A DNA stretch of 64,000 bases from Candidatus Undinarchaeales archaeon (GTDB taxonomy: Archaea; SpSt-1190; JASMDC01): NCBI GenBank assembly GCA_030753015.1, contig JASMDC010000015.1, positions 1 to 64,000 on the forward strand, in the 5' to 3' direction. Position 1 is the stretch's first letter; every line of letters starts with the position of its first letter. Positions 10,117 to 18,443 of the stretch are shown here, piece after piece. Made by a program: the position numbers and the translations under genes. Under the pieces are notes generated by a model. It had not been told where the DNA came from, searched no databases, and saw only the letters and a program-made list of their open reading frames with translations.

Positions 10117-10893
10117 TCAGTTGAAGAGGAACCCACGGACCACCTGGTAGAACCCTTCAGGATCGTCGAGCATCATGAAGTGGCCGCCGGTAACCGCATG
10201 CACCTCGCACGCTGCCTCCAACAACCGGTCCTTGCCGGGGAACTCCCTGGCGTTCTGGGTGCCTACCACGTAGCAGGTCCTGCAGTGGAGGGCGATATAT
10301 CGCTCAAGGAGGTCGGCGTTATTGGATACGTCCACCAGCCCGCATGCCGCGCGGTGGAGCGCCTCTGGATCGCACCGGGTGAGCGCCCGGATGTAGTACT
10401 CCCAGCATGCAGAGCCCTTGGAAGCGAGCCTGCCCACCTTTCCGATGAGCTGCACCCGTCCCTCGCGCATGAACCGCTCCCGCTCCATGGCCGCAGTAGG
10501 TCCCGAGAAGAAGCAGTTCTCGCCCGTGAGATTCCCCTCGGCGTTGAGGAACCGGGTCACGCCGGAGCGCTCGGCCAGCACGATGCCCACGACACCACCC
10601 ATGGAGTGGGTCACCAGGTCGTAGTGCTCAACGTCCAGCTCGGCAAGGAGTGCGAGCACCACCTCGGCGTAGTCGCCTACCGTGCAGGTGCACGTCCCAC
10701 GTGGCGAGGCGCCGTGGCCGGGGAAGTCAAGGGCGATGAGACGTCTGTCGGGCAGCACATCGGGGTCGAAGGCTCCCGCGAACGTATGCGCGTCGGCGCC
10801 CAGCCCGTGGAGTAGCACTACAGGCAGCCCGTGCCCGGGCCGTTCCCACACGGCGACCGGACCGTAGTCGAGCTCGACCTTCCTGCACTCCAC
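10117..10893 (-). CDS. Alpha/beta hydrolase
   Basis: LLHGLG, DFPGHG, THSMGG nucleophile elbow, GHFMMLDDP. Confidence 0.9.
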   Translation of the reverse strand: MECRKVELDYGPVAVWERPGHGLPVVLLHGLGADAHTFAGAFDPDVLPDRRLIALDFPGHGASPRGTCTCTVGDYAEVVLALLAELDVEHYDLVTHSMGGVVGIVLAERSGVTRFLNAEGNLTGENCFFSGPTAAMERERFMREGRVQLIGKVGRLASKGSACWEYYIRALTRCDPEALHRAACGLVDVSNNADLLERYIALHCRTCYVVGTQNAREFPGKDRLLEAACEVHAVTGGHFMMLDDPEGFYQVVRGFLFN

Positions 10894-11087
10894 GGTACGT
10901 TCCGGTCTGCCATCGCTTATAAAAGGTTTGACGTACGAAACCCACCTACTATCACAGGTGGAATGAATACGGTGTTTCCCGGAGGGGTACCGAACCCGAA
11001 AGGTAAACGGTTCACATGAATACCGGCAGCCAACTCCCCATAACGATATATTGAAGCGCAGTCTACTCTTCTACTGGGAGGTGTGCT

Positions 11088-12410
11088 GTGCAGCAGGACG
11101 TCGATGAGCCGGGTAATATAAGGAGGTCACAGTTCGCTTGCCGTACTGCCAGGACAACCCTGCGGACGTTCAAGTATCGTATCTATCCATCCGGGAAGCA
11201 GCTCACCAGGCTCGACCATCAGTTCTCGCTCTGCCGCGAGATGTACAATACCCTCCTGAAAAGGTGTCGTGAGGGATACCGGACGGATGGCACCCGTCTC
11301 AACGGGCGGAACAGGCTCTATCGGATGACCAAGGATATCAAGGACGAGGAGCCGAAGTTCAATACGGTGTACTCCCAATCGCGCCAGAACGTCGCCGACA
11401 GGCTCGCAAAGGCGTACCAGCACTTCTTCCGGAGGGTGAAGGAGCGGAAGGCGGGCAGGCAGGTGAAGGTCGGGTACCCTCGCGCCAAGAGGCGCGTCAT
11501 CAGCATCACCTACCCGCAGTTCGGATTCCGGTTCACGGGCGAGGACAAGCTCCACGTCTCCAGGATCGGCAGCATCCCGATCATGCTCCATCGCCTCCCA
11601 CAGGGAAGAATCAAGACGCTCACCATCAAGCGGAACCGGGCTGGTCAGTGGTTCGCATGCTTCGCGTGCGAAGTCGATGAGGACACAAGGACACCGATAG
11701 ATGGCGAGGTCGGCATTGATGTTGGCATCGAGCACTTCGTCACGCTGTCCGACGGCTCCGTCATCGAGAATCCGCGACATCTACTTAAAAGCGAGAAACG
11801 AGCGAAGCGGCTCCATCGCAGAGTATCCAGGAAGAAGAAAGGATCCCGGGACCGGAGGACGGCTGTCCGTCGGCTAGCACGGTATCACATCTATGTCGCC
11901 GACCAGAGGCGTGACTTCCTTCATCGGACGAGCCGTGCGCTCGTCGACCGGTACGGGACCATCGCTGTCGAGAAGCTCAACGAATCCAACATGCTCAAGA
12001 ACCACTGTCTCGCAAAGCACATTCAGGACGCATCGTGGAACACCTTCATCGACATGCTCCGCTACAAGGCTGTAGCGGCCGGGGGGGAGCTGGTCGAGGT
12101 GGACCCGAGGAACACGTCACAGATATGCAGTCGGTGCGGGGACATCGTCCCAAAGGCGTTGAGCGTCCGCGTCCATCAGTGCCCGCGATGCGGGTTCGAG
12201 ACGCATCGGGACGTGAACGCCGCACTGAACATACTCGCAAGAGCTAGGGCTGGACGAGCCCGAAGTCACGCCTGTGGAAATCCCACCTCTACTCTCGCCA
12301 CGAAGGCGGGGGCAAGTGGGATCGCAGAAGCAGGAACTAAACGCGATGAGCCCTTCGGGGCGATAGACGCTGGAAGCCTGAGGCTTTACAGGCTGTCCGA
12401 CAATTCATAG
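11088..12410 (+). CDS. tnpB: TnpB RNA-guided endonuclease
   Basis: FKYRIYPS N-terminus; RuvC GIDVG, AVEKL, RDVNAALNI; Zn finger CSRC...CPRC. Confidence 0.95.
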   Translation: MQQDVDEPGNIRRSQFACRTARTTLRTFKYRIYPSGKQLTRLDHQFSLCREMYNTLLKRCREGYRTDGTRLNGRNRLYRMTKDIKDEEPKFNTVYSQSRQNVADRLAKAYQHFFRRVKERKAGRQVKVGYPRAKRRVISITYPQFGFRFTGEDKLHVSRIGSIPIMLHRLPQGRIKTLTIKRNRAGQWFACFACEVDEDTRTPIDGEVGIDVGIEHFVTLSDGSVIENPRHLLKSEKRAKRLHRRVSRKKKGSRDRRTAVRRLARYHIYVADQRRDFLHRTSRALVDRYGTIAVEKLNESNMLKNHCLAKHIQDASWNTFIDMLRYKAVAAGGELVEVDPRNTSQICSRCGDIVPKALSVRVHQCPRCGFETHRDVNAALNILARARAGRARSHACGNPTSTLATKAGASGIAEAGTKRDEPFGAIDAGSLRLYRLSDNS

Positions 12411-12545
12411 TACTCACTACTTCAAGCCCACGAATAATCTCTCATGAAATGTGCGCCCTAACTTACATAGGGACGCGGTTCTGTGGATGATGGAAACGTG
12501 GGTCCGGAACAAGGTTTTATAAAATTGTGCACCCTAACTACACCC

Positions 12546-12698
12546 ATGGTGTACGAGGAGATCAAGACGATCAAAGGACGGCAGTACAGATACCTACGCG
12601 AGAGCGTCCGGATCGACGGTCGCGTCGTCCACCGGACCGTGAAGTATCTCGGTCCCGTGGAACCAAGATACAAACCTCAGAAGAAGAAGGTGGTCTGA
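12546..12698 (+). CDS. Small basic protein inside IS1182, translationally coupled to the transposase
   Basis: 50 aa, KTIKGRQYRYLRESVRIDGRVVHRTVKYLG; TTTTATAAAA upstream; TGA overlaps the transposase ATG. Confidence 0.65.
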   Translation: MVYEEIKTIKGRQYRYLRESVRIDGRVVHRTVKYLGPVEPRYKPQKKKVV

Positions 12699-14200
12699 TG
12701 TCATACATCCCCTCCCTCCACAAACAATCCTGGCTCTTGGCGCCGAACCTCGAGGACCTGATACCTGAGTACCACATCTGCTACCTCGTCGAAGCGCTCA
12801 TATCGATGGTAGACTTCACCGGGTTCGACGAGAGATACGCGGGTCCCGGGCACCCGGCGTACCATCCCCGGATCATCCTGAAGCTGCTCGTGATGGGTGT
12901 CCTGGACAGGGTGCGCTCCTCGCGCAAGCTGGCCAGAAACGCTCGAGAGAACGTCGTCTACATGTACCTCGCGGAGAAGCTGACGCCGGACTTCCGTACC
13001 ATCAGCGACTTCCGCAAACAGAACGAGGAGCTCGTGAAGCAGCTCTTCAAGCACACGGTGGCGCTCGCCAAACAAGAAGGGATGCTCGACCTTACACAGC
13101 TCGCGACGGACGGGACCAAGATCAAGGCCAACGCGGCCAACATGCGTTCGCTCACCCGGCAGGAGCTCGAGTTCATGACACGGTTCGTCGACGAGGAGCT
13201 CGATGAGTGGGCCAAACAGGACCAGCTAGAGGACGAGGCGTTCGGCAGCCTGAGGGGATACGACCAGCTCCCGGGCAAGGGCAAGCAGAAGATGCGGTCC
13301 GCAGTGCGGCACTATGTGAAGCAGACCAGGGAGAAGGGCGACTCGTTCGAGGAGGCGGCTTCCCGGAAGCTGGAGGAAGCACGCCAGGAGATGGAGCGGC
13401 ACGGCGTCGACAAAGTGAGCACGACGGACACCGACTGCCGCTTCATGAAGTCCAAGAAGGGGAAGATGGAGTTCTCGTACAACCCCCAGGTCACGACGGA
13501 CGGGAACGGCTTCATCCTCGCCTCTGACGTGTGCCAGAACAAGAACGATAAAAAACAACTACAGCCCCAGGTGCTTCAGGCGGAAGAGAACCTCGGCCGG
13601 ATACCCGAAGGAACGCCATGGAACTTCGACACAGGCTACTTCAGCGGTGACAACCTGGCCTTCCTCAAGGAGAAGAAGATCAACGCGTACGTCGCAACAG
13701 AAAAGCCGAACCAAAACCCGTTCAGCGCCGACAAGTTCATCTACGACCCGGAGAAGAACGAATACACGTGTCCCGGGGGACACGTCATGAGATTCCTCAG
13801 CGAAAGACATGAGAATACCAGTGGCTATAGGTACAGTATCTACAAGTCCGATAGCTGCCACACGTGCCCGCACCAGGGATCATGCACAAAACAAAAGAAA
13901 GGTATCCGTTATCTTAAGATCTATCCGCACCCCGAGCTCAGGAAGGAGATGATCGACAAGATGCATACCAAGAAGGCGAAGAAGACATACCGTCGGCGCA
14001 AGGAGACCGTCGAACCGGCGATAGGATGCATCAAATACAACCAGGGGCTCAATGAGTTCCTCACGAGGGGCCTTGGAACGGTGAGAACGGAGTTCAGGCT
14101 GGCCTGTACGGCCCTCAACATCAAGAAGCTGTGGTTGCGAACGCGGGGAAGGGTGACGGATGTGGTCGGAGTCGCCCCTGTGTCTGTAGACCCGTGTTAA
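12698..14200 (+). CDS. IS1182-family DDE transposase
   Basis: GHPAYHP, SSRKL, PDFRTISDFR, DGTKIKANA, DTGY, YRRRKETVEP. Confidence 0.95.
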   Translation: MSYIPSLHKQSWLLAPNLEDLIPEYHICYLVEALISMVDFTGFDERYAGPGHPAYHPRIILKLLVMGVLDRVRSSRKLARNARENVVYMYLAEKLTPDFRTISDFRKQNEELVKQLFKHTVALAKQEGMLDLTQLATDGTKIKANAANMRSLTRQELEFMTRFVDEELDEWAKQDQLEDEAFGSLRGYDQLPGKGKQKMRSAVRHYVKQTREKGDSFEEAASRKLEEARQEMERHGVDKVSTTDTDCRFMKSKKGKMEFSYNPQVTTDGNGFILASDVCQNKNDKKQLQPQVLQAEENLGRIPEGTPWNFDTGYFSGDNLAFLKEKKINAYVATEKPNQNPFSADKFIYDPEKNEYTCPGGHVMRFLSERHENTSGYRYSIYKSDSCHTCPHQGSCTKQKKGIRYLKIYPHPELRKEMIDKMHTKKAKKTYRRRKETVEPAIGCIKYNQGLNEFLTRGLGTVRTEFRLACTALNIKKLWLRTRGRVTDVVGVAPVSVDPC

Positions 14201-14274
14201 GGGTCCTCTTTCACATCAATAGATTGGTGTATGGCATCGAATTGTCGGACAGCCTGTTTAGCCTCAGGAGGATG

Positions 14275-14967
14275 TCACACATCTTGCGCCCGGTCGGCGA
14301 GCGCTCTCTCGAGCACCGAGGCCGGGAACGGTCGTCCGTGCCCGGGGTGGACCGTCTCTGCGTGCAGGTCCAGCAGACGGGACCAGGAATGGTACACCTG
14401 TCCGACGTCCTCGGCGAACACGGGCATGCCCGGCCCCCGCCGCATAGGGAGGCCGTTCATCGCGAGGTCCCCCACAATTGCGTCGCCGCTCTCCAGCACC
14501 ACCGAGACGGAACCGTGGGTATGGCCGGGTGTATGGACTACCCTGCCCGCAACACCCCAGCGGGCGAGGCCGGTGCGCTCTCCCAGGACGACGTCCACCT
14601 CGGGCCAGGTGAGGGGTCCGAACGCACGCGCGGGAGCGAGCAGGATGCGCAGGAGCGAGCCCCAGGCAGAGGTCCCCGGCGGTAACGGCGAAGCCTCCGG
14701 GAGAGTGGCGGCCGCCCGCTCGTGCATGGCGACGTCGCACCCAGTGGCCTTCACGACAGCGTCGGCGCAGCCACCGTGGTCGAAATGAGCGTGGGTGATG
14801 ATAAGGAGGTCGAGGGGCCGACCATCGAGGGCCCGGATCAGCGCCGAGATGAACCGTCGTGCCACAACCGACATGCCAGCATCGACCAGCACGGTGCCCT
14901 TGTCCAGAACGAGGTGAGCGGTGGTGAACGCCATGGTGAGGGGGATGATGCGGACCGTGGCGCTCAC
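14275..14967 (-). CDS. MBL-fold metallo-hydrolase
   Basis: THAHFDHGG, TPGHTHGS, GD, PGHG. Confidence 0.92.
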   Translation of the reverse strand: MSATVRIIPLTMAFTTAHLVLDKGTVLVDAGMSVVARRFISALIRALDGRPLDLLIITHAHFDHGGCADAVVKATGCDVAMHERAAATLPEASPLPPGTSAWGSLLRILLAPARAFGPLTWPEVDVVLGERTGLARWGVAGRVVHTPGHTHGSVSVVLESGDAIVGDLAMNGLPMRRGPGMPVFAEDVGQVYHSWSRLLDLHAETVHPGHGRPFPASVLERALADRAQDV

Positions 14968-16589
14968 CCCTCGCGCGCAAGGAAGAGGAAGGCGGTCTGG
15001 CCGTTGGGGAAGGTGACGTTCTTACGGACCACAAGCCCCAGATCATCGAACCTGCACGCTTCGTCCAGCTGCCAGCCCTGGAGGTACACCATGTAGAGCA
15101 CACCTGGCCGGCCGCCGTCCTGGCGGTAGGTACAGGGTGCCGTGATGCGGTAGGGGGTGCCCTCCCAGCTCTTGCGCTGGGTCATGACCGGATCGCGGGC
15201 GGTCCAGAACTGGAGGAACTTGTCGGTGCGCCGGATGTTGTCGGGGATGCGGACCTCGTCCCACGAGCCCTCCTCATCGCGCAGGTAGTCCCTGACCTCG
15301 TCCCACCCCGTGTCCCAGTAGTAGTTGACACTGGGATCTGCGGGGTAGACCGTGAAGTAGTACCCCAGGTAGTAGCCGACCAGAAGGCAGGACACAGCCA
15401 GGAACGGCAGCTTGAGCCCGATGTCCCTGAGCACAGGCTCGAGACGCGTCCATCCTATGGCCGCCGCAAGCTGGACGAAGGGCAATGCTACGGTGGTCCG
15501 TATGGAGTTGGGGATGCGGTCGATGGTGAGGCTCGCGGCCACGGGGACGAGCAGGAGCCCCCAGAGGAGTATGATGTGGACCGGGCGCCGCGCTCGTGCC
15601 ATGTGCACGATGCCGGCCAGGAGAAGGAGCCCCTCGAAGAGGTGGAGCTTGCCCACAACCCGTGTCGTGTACCGCACCTGGGTGTCACCGCGGAGGAGGA
15701 GAAAGTCGGGGTGCAGGTGGGCGAGGTAGTTCTGTACGAACTGGAGGGTGTAGAGCACCGTGGGGCTCTCGATGCCCATGTCTGAGTATCGCGAGCGCTG
15801 CCACATGAGCACGTCCTCGGTGAAGATGGACACGAGCTTGAAGCGGGCATTGGCCGCCTCGGGCATGGTGACGTAGGTGGATGCCAGGGGCGCGACCAGG
15901 ACGGCGAACACCACGAGCGCGAGTAGGACGTCGTTCAGACGGGCCCGCACCAGGTCCCGTCGTACGAAGAGCACACCGGCAAAGAACGTCGGGATGAAGA
16001 ACCGCGGGATCGCGTACGCATAGAGCGCCAGCGCCAGGGGGAGCGGTGCGGCCAGCATCGCTCGCCTGCGTCCCCGCAGCCCCGCCTCCAGCAGGTACCA
16101 ACCCAGGGCGATGAAGAGCGGCACGGGCACAGGATCCCAGGCCACCCTGCTCAGGTGGTGGTGCCAGGGGGAGACCGCCAGCATCAGTGCTGCCGCGAGC
16201 CCGGCCTGTCGGCCTGCAAGCGCCCTGCCGAGCACGAACGCGGCCCCCACGCCCAGGGTGCCGAACACGACCGCCGGGAACCGCACGCCCCAGGGGCCGA
16301 GCCCGAAGAGCATCAGCGAGGGTATGGTTGCGTAGATGTATAGCGGGTTCTTGTACTCGCCCAGGGAGAGGAAGAGGATGGGGTACGGCTCGTTGTGCAT
16401 GTCCTCGCCCGTGAGCAGGAGCGAATAGGCGTCGTAGCCGATGGACAGCTCGTCAGGGATGAGACCGGGGGGCACCGATGTGAGCCAGACGATGCGCAGC
16501 AGCAAGGCCAGCGCCATCACCGCGGCAACGTCGCGGGAGGGTGTGAACGCCCGGAGGATTGAGGACCCTTTTCCCTGCCCGGAGCCCAT
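14964..16589 (-). CDS. GT-C membrane glycosyltransferase (ArnT/GT39-like)
   Basis: PPGLIPDE, YKNPLYIY, VRFP, SPWHHHLSR and many TM helices; start chosen at ATG 16589. Confidence 0.85.
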   Translation of the reverse strand: MGSGQGKGSSILRAFTPSRDVAAVMALALLLRIVWLTSVPPGLIPDELSIGYDAYSLLLTGEDMHNEPYPILFLSLGEYKNPLYIYATIPSLMLFGLGPWGVRFPAVVFGTLGVGAAFVLGRALAGRQAGLAAALMLAVSPWHHHLSRVAWDPVPVPLFIALGWYLLEAGLRGRRRAMLAAPLPLALALYAYAIPRFFIPTFFAGVLFVRRDLVRARLNDVLLALVVFAVLVAPLASTYVTMPEAANARFKLVSIFTEDVLMWQRSRYSDMGIESPTVLYTLQFVQNYLAHLHPDFLLLRGDTQVRYTTRVVGKLHLFEGLLLLAGIVHMARARRPVHIILLWGLLLVPVAASLTIDRIPNSIRTTVALPFVQLAAAIGWTRLEPVLRDIGLKLPFLAVSCLLVGYYLGYYFTVYPADPSVNYYWDTGWDEVRDYLRDEEGSWDEVRIPDNIRRTDKFLQFWTARDPVMTQRKSWEGTPYRITAPCTYRQDGGRPGVLYMVYLQGWQLDEACRFDDLGLVVRKNVTFPNGQTAFLFLAREG

Positions 16590-16641
16590 GGCACACGGAG
16601 GACCGCGACCTTTCTTAAAGATGACGCGACCACCGGCCCTT

Positions 16642-16992
16642 ATGGACGAGGAGGAGATGCCCCAGGTGGTGTTCAAGGAGCGGGAGGGATATCGGACGGT
16701 GAACGTCAACGGCGTGTTCGGCGGCCCGCGGCCAGGATTCTTCGAGGTGATCGTGTTCTCGGAGGAGACCGATCCTACCGAGGCGTTCGGCACGGCCGCC
16801 ATCGATCCGGGACAAGCGGTGTTCAGGCGCACGGCCGAGGTACGGTTGGTAATCGATCCCTACCAGGCCAAGAGCATCGCCGCGTGGCTTTCTCGTAACG
16901 TGGAGGAGTACGAGCGCACGTTCGGCCCCATCACGGGACCGAGCGGCTCGAGCCCACGGGAGCACGACAGCGCCGACACCATGTTCCGGTGA
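16642..16992 (+). CDS. DUF3467-like small protein
   Basis: YRTVNVNGVFGG and VRLVIDPYQAKSIAAWL...YERTFGPI pattern. Confidence 0.65.
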   Translation: MDEEEMPQVVFKEREGYRTVNVNGVFGGPRPGFFEVIVFSEETDPTEAFGTAAIDPGQAVFRRTAEVRLVIDPYQAKSIAAWLSRNVEEYERTFGPITGPSGSSPREHDSADTMFR

Positions 16993-17047
16993 CCGGGGCC
17001 GCTCCTGGGCCAGCTTTAAGAACCTTCACGTGCTATGGGAGTGTACC

Positions 17048-17602
17048 ATGTCGACCTTCTGCGAGTACGAGTTCCAGTGCGAGTGCGGTGCCACCTTCAA
17101 GGCGAAACTGTGGGAGAGCGTCAACGTCACCAAGGACCCGGACCTGCGCCAGCTCGTGCTCGACGGCCAGCTGAACGTGGTCACATGCCCGGAGTGCCAG
17201 GTCGCGGAGCGCATCGAAAAGGTGTTCCTCTACCACGACATGGAGCGCGGTATCCTGGCGTTCGTCTACCCGGAGGGCAAGGGGGAGGAATGGAAGTCCA
17301 AGGACGAGGACGCCATCAAGCAGGTCACGGAGTTCCTCGAGAGCCTCAGGGGCGAGGATGGCGTGTCCTCCGAGGTAAAGGTCGTGTTCGGGCTGGAGGC
17401 GTTGCGCGAGCTCGTGGCTGCCCAGGGCAACGAGCCGACCGGGGCCGCGGACAGGAAACCGATCGCAGCGCACGCCCGAGCGGTGTGCGGCTGCGGCTGC
17501 CAGGACGATGCGGAGGAGAAGCCCAAGAAGAAAGCGAAGAAGAAATCCGCGCCGAAGAAGAAGCCCGCGAAAGCGAAGAAAGGGGCCAAGAAGAAGGCCT
17601 GA
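17048..17602 (+). CDS. CpXC domain protein with Lys-rich tail
   Basis: CECG, SVNVTKDPDL, CPEC, FLYHD; KKKAKKK tail. Confidence 0.8.
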   Translation: MSTFCEYEFQCECGATFKAKLWESVNVTKDPDLRQLVLDGQLNVVTCPECQVAERIEKVFLYHDMERGILAFVYPEGKGEEWKSKDEDAIKQVTEFLESLRGEDGVSSEVKVVFGLEALRELVAAQGNEPTGAADRKPIAAHARAVCGCGCQDDAEEKPKKKAKKKSAPKKKPAKAKKGAKKKA

Positions 17603-17653
17603 GCCTGCAGGCCTGACAGTACATTTAAATAACTCAGTCACACAGCATGCTCC

Positions 17654-18187
17654 ATGGCGGACGACGAGCCCTCTGGTCTCGACGCACTGGAGGCACAGAT
17701 CACCTCCTACACCGACCACAAATACTTCATCCCCGTGGCCCTGGTGGCGATCCTGGTGCTCTACGGAGCAAGCCTTGCATCCTACACGGGGTTGTGCGAG
17801 GTGGCCGGGATGACCGAGGCGATCTCGATCTTCGAACCGACCTCCATGCCCGAGAACTCCGCCTGCAAGTACGCGATCAAGCCCCTGCTCATCCTCACCG
17901 GCCTGCTGCTGGTGTTCGTGGTGCCCGGGTACGCCTGGACCATCGGACTGTTCGACGACGAGGAGATCGACGCCATCGAGCGGTTCACCATCGCGTTCGC
18001 GGTGTCCATCGCCCTGGTGGTGCTGTCCATCATCTACCTGAACATGCTGATGGGCATCAAGATAACCCGGCTCACCGTTATCGGTGACATCACCCTCATC
18101 ACGCTGCTGGGCCTTGCCTACTGGGGCTGGAAGCGCGAGGGCTGGTTCGGCGGGAAGGTGCCGGCGGCAAAGGCCGCGAGCGACTGA
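17654..18187 (+). CDS. DUF1616-like membrane protein
   Basis: FVVPGYAW and IDAIERFTIAFAVSIAL motifs. Confidence 0.7.
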   Translation: MADDEPSGLDALEAQITSYTDHKYFIPVALVAILVLYGASLASYTGLCEVAGMTEAISIFEPTSMPENSACKYAIKPLLILTGLLLVFVVPGYAWTIGLFDDEEIDAIERFTIAFAVSIALVVLSIIYLNMLMGIKITRLTVIGDITLITLLGLAYWGWKREGWFGGKVPAAKAASD

Positions 18188-18236
18188 ACCCGTTCTTCGG
18201 ATACGGGATGTCTAATCTACTCCTGTAGGTTTGTCC

Positions 18237-18362
18237 CTATTCGCCCACTGTCGAATCGATCCAGTCGGAGCTGGGGTTCATGTTCGTGAGGGTTCCGTCG
18301 TTGCTGTCCCTGGAATCGCTCGCCGTGGACCCTGAGCCATCGTCGAGCTTGAGTAAATACGT
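18237..18362 (-). pseudogene. LamG-like domain fragment
   Basis: YLLKLDDGSGSTASDSRDSNDGTLTNM..W resembles the LamG-jellyroll flanking motif; no credible start. Confidence 0.6.
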
Positions 18363-18443
18363 GATGGGGAAAGAGGAGCTGTTCCTCCGACGGAGCGTCA
18401 ACTCAAGCGGTCCAGATTGAGGCCGGGAGCGCACTACCTACGG

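Larger units (their letters stand above)
12389..14256 (+). mobile_element. IS1182-family insertion sequence (1868 bp)
   Basis: Perfect 18-bp inverted repeats CAGGCTGTCCGACAATTC; 4-bp target duplication TTTA (12385-12388 and 14257-14260). Confidence 0.95.
10933..14278 (+). mobile_element. IS200/IS605-superfamily TnpB-only (IS1341-type) element containing a nested IS1182
   Basis: TTGAC (10928-10932) then left-end hairpin CCACCT-N8-AGGTGG; tnpB without tnpA; right end CCTGAGGC-TTTA-GCCTCAGG-AGGATGTCAC once the IS1182 is removed; left boundary less certain than right. Confidence 0.75.
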
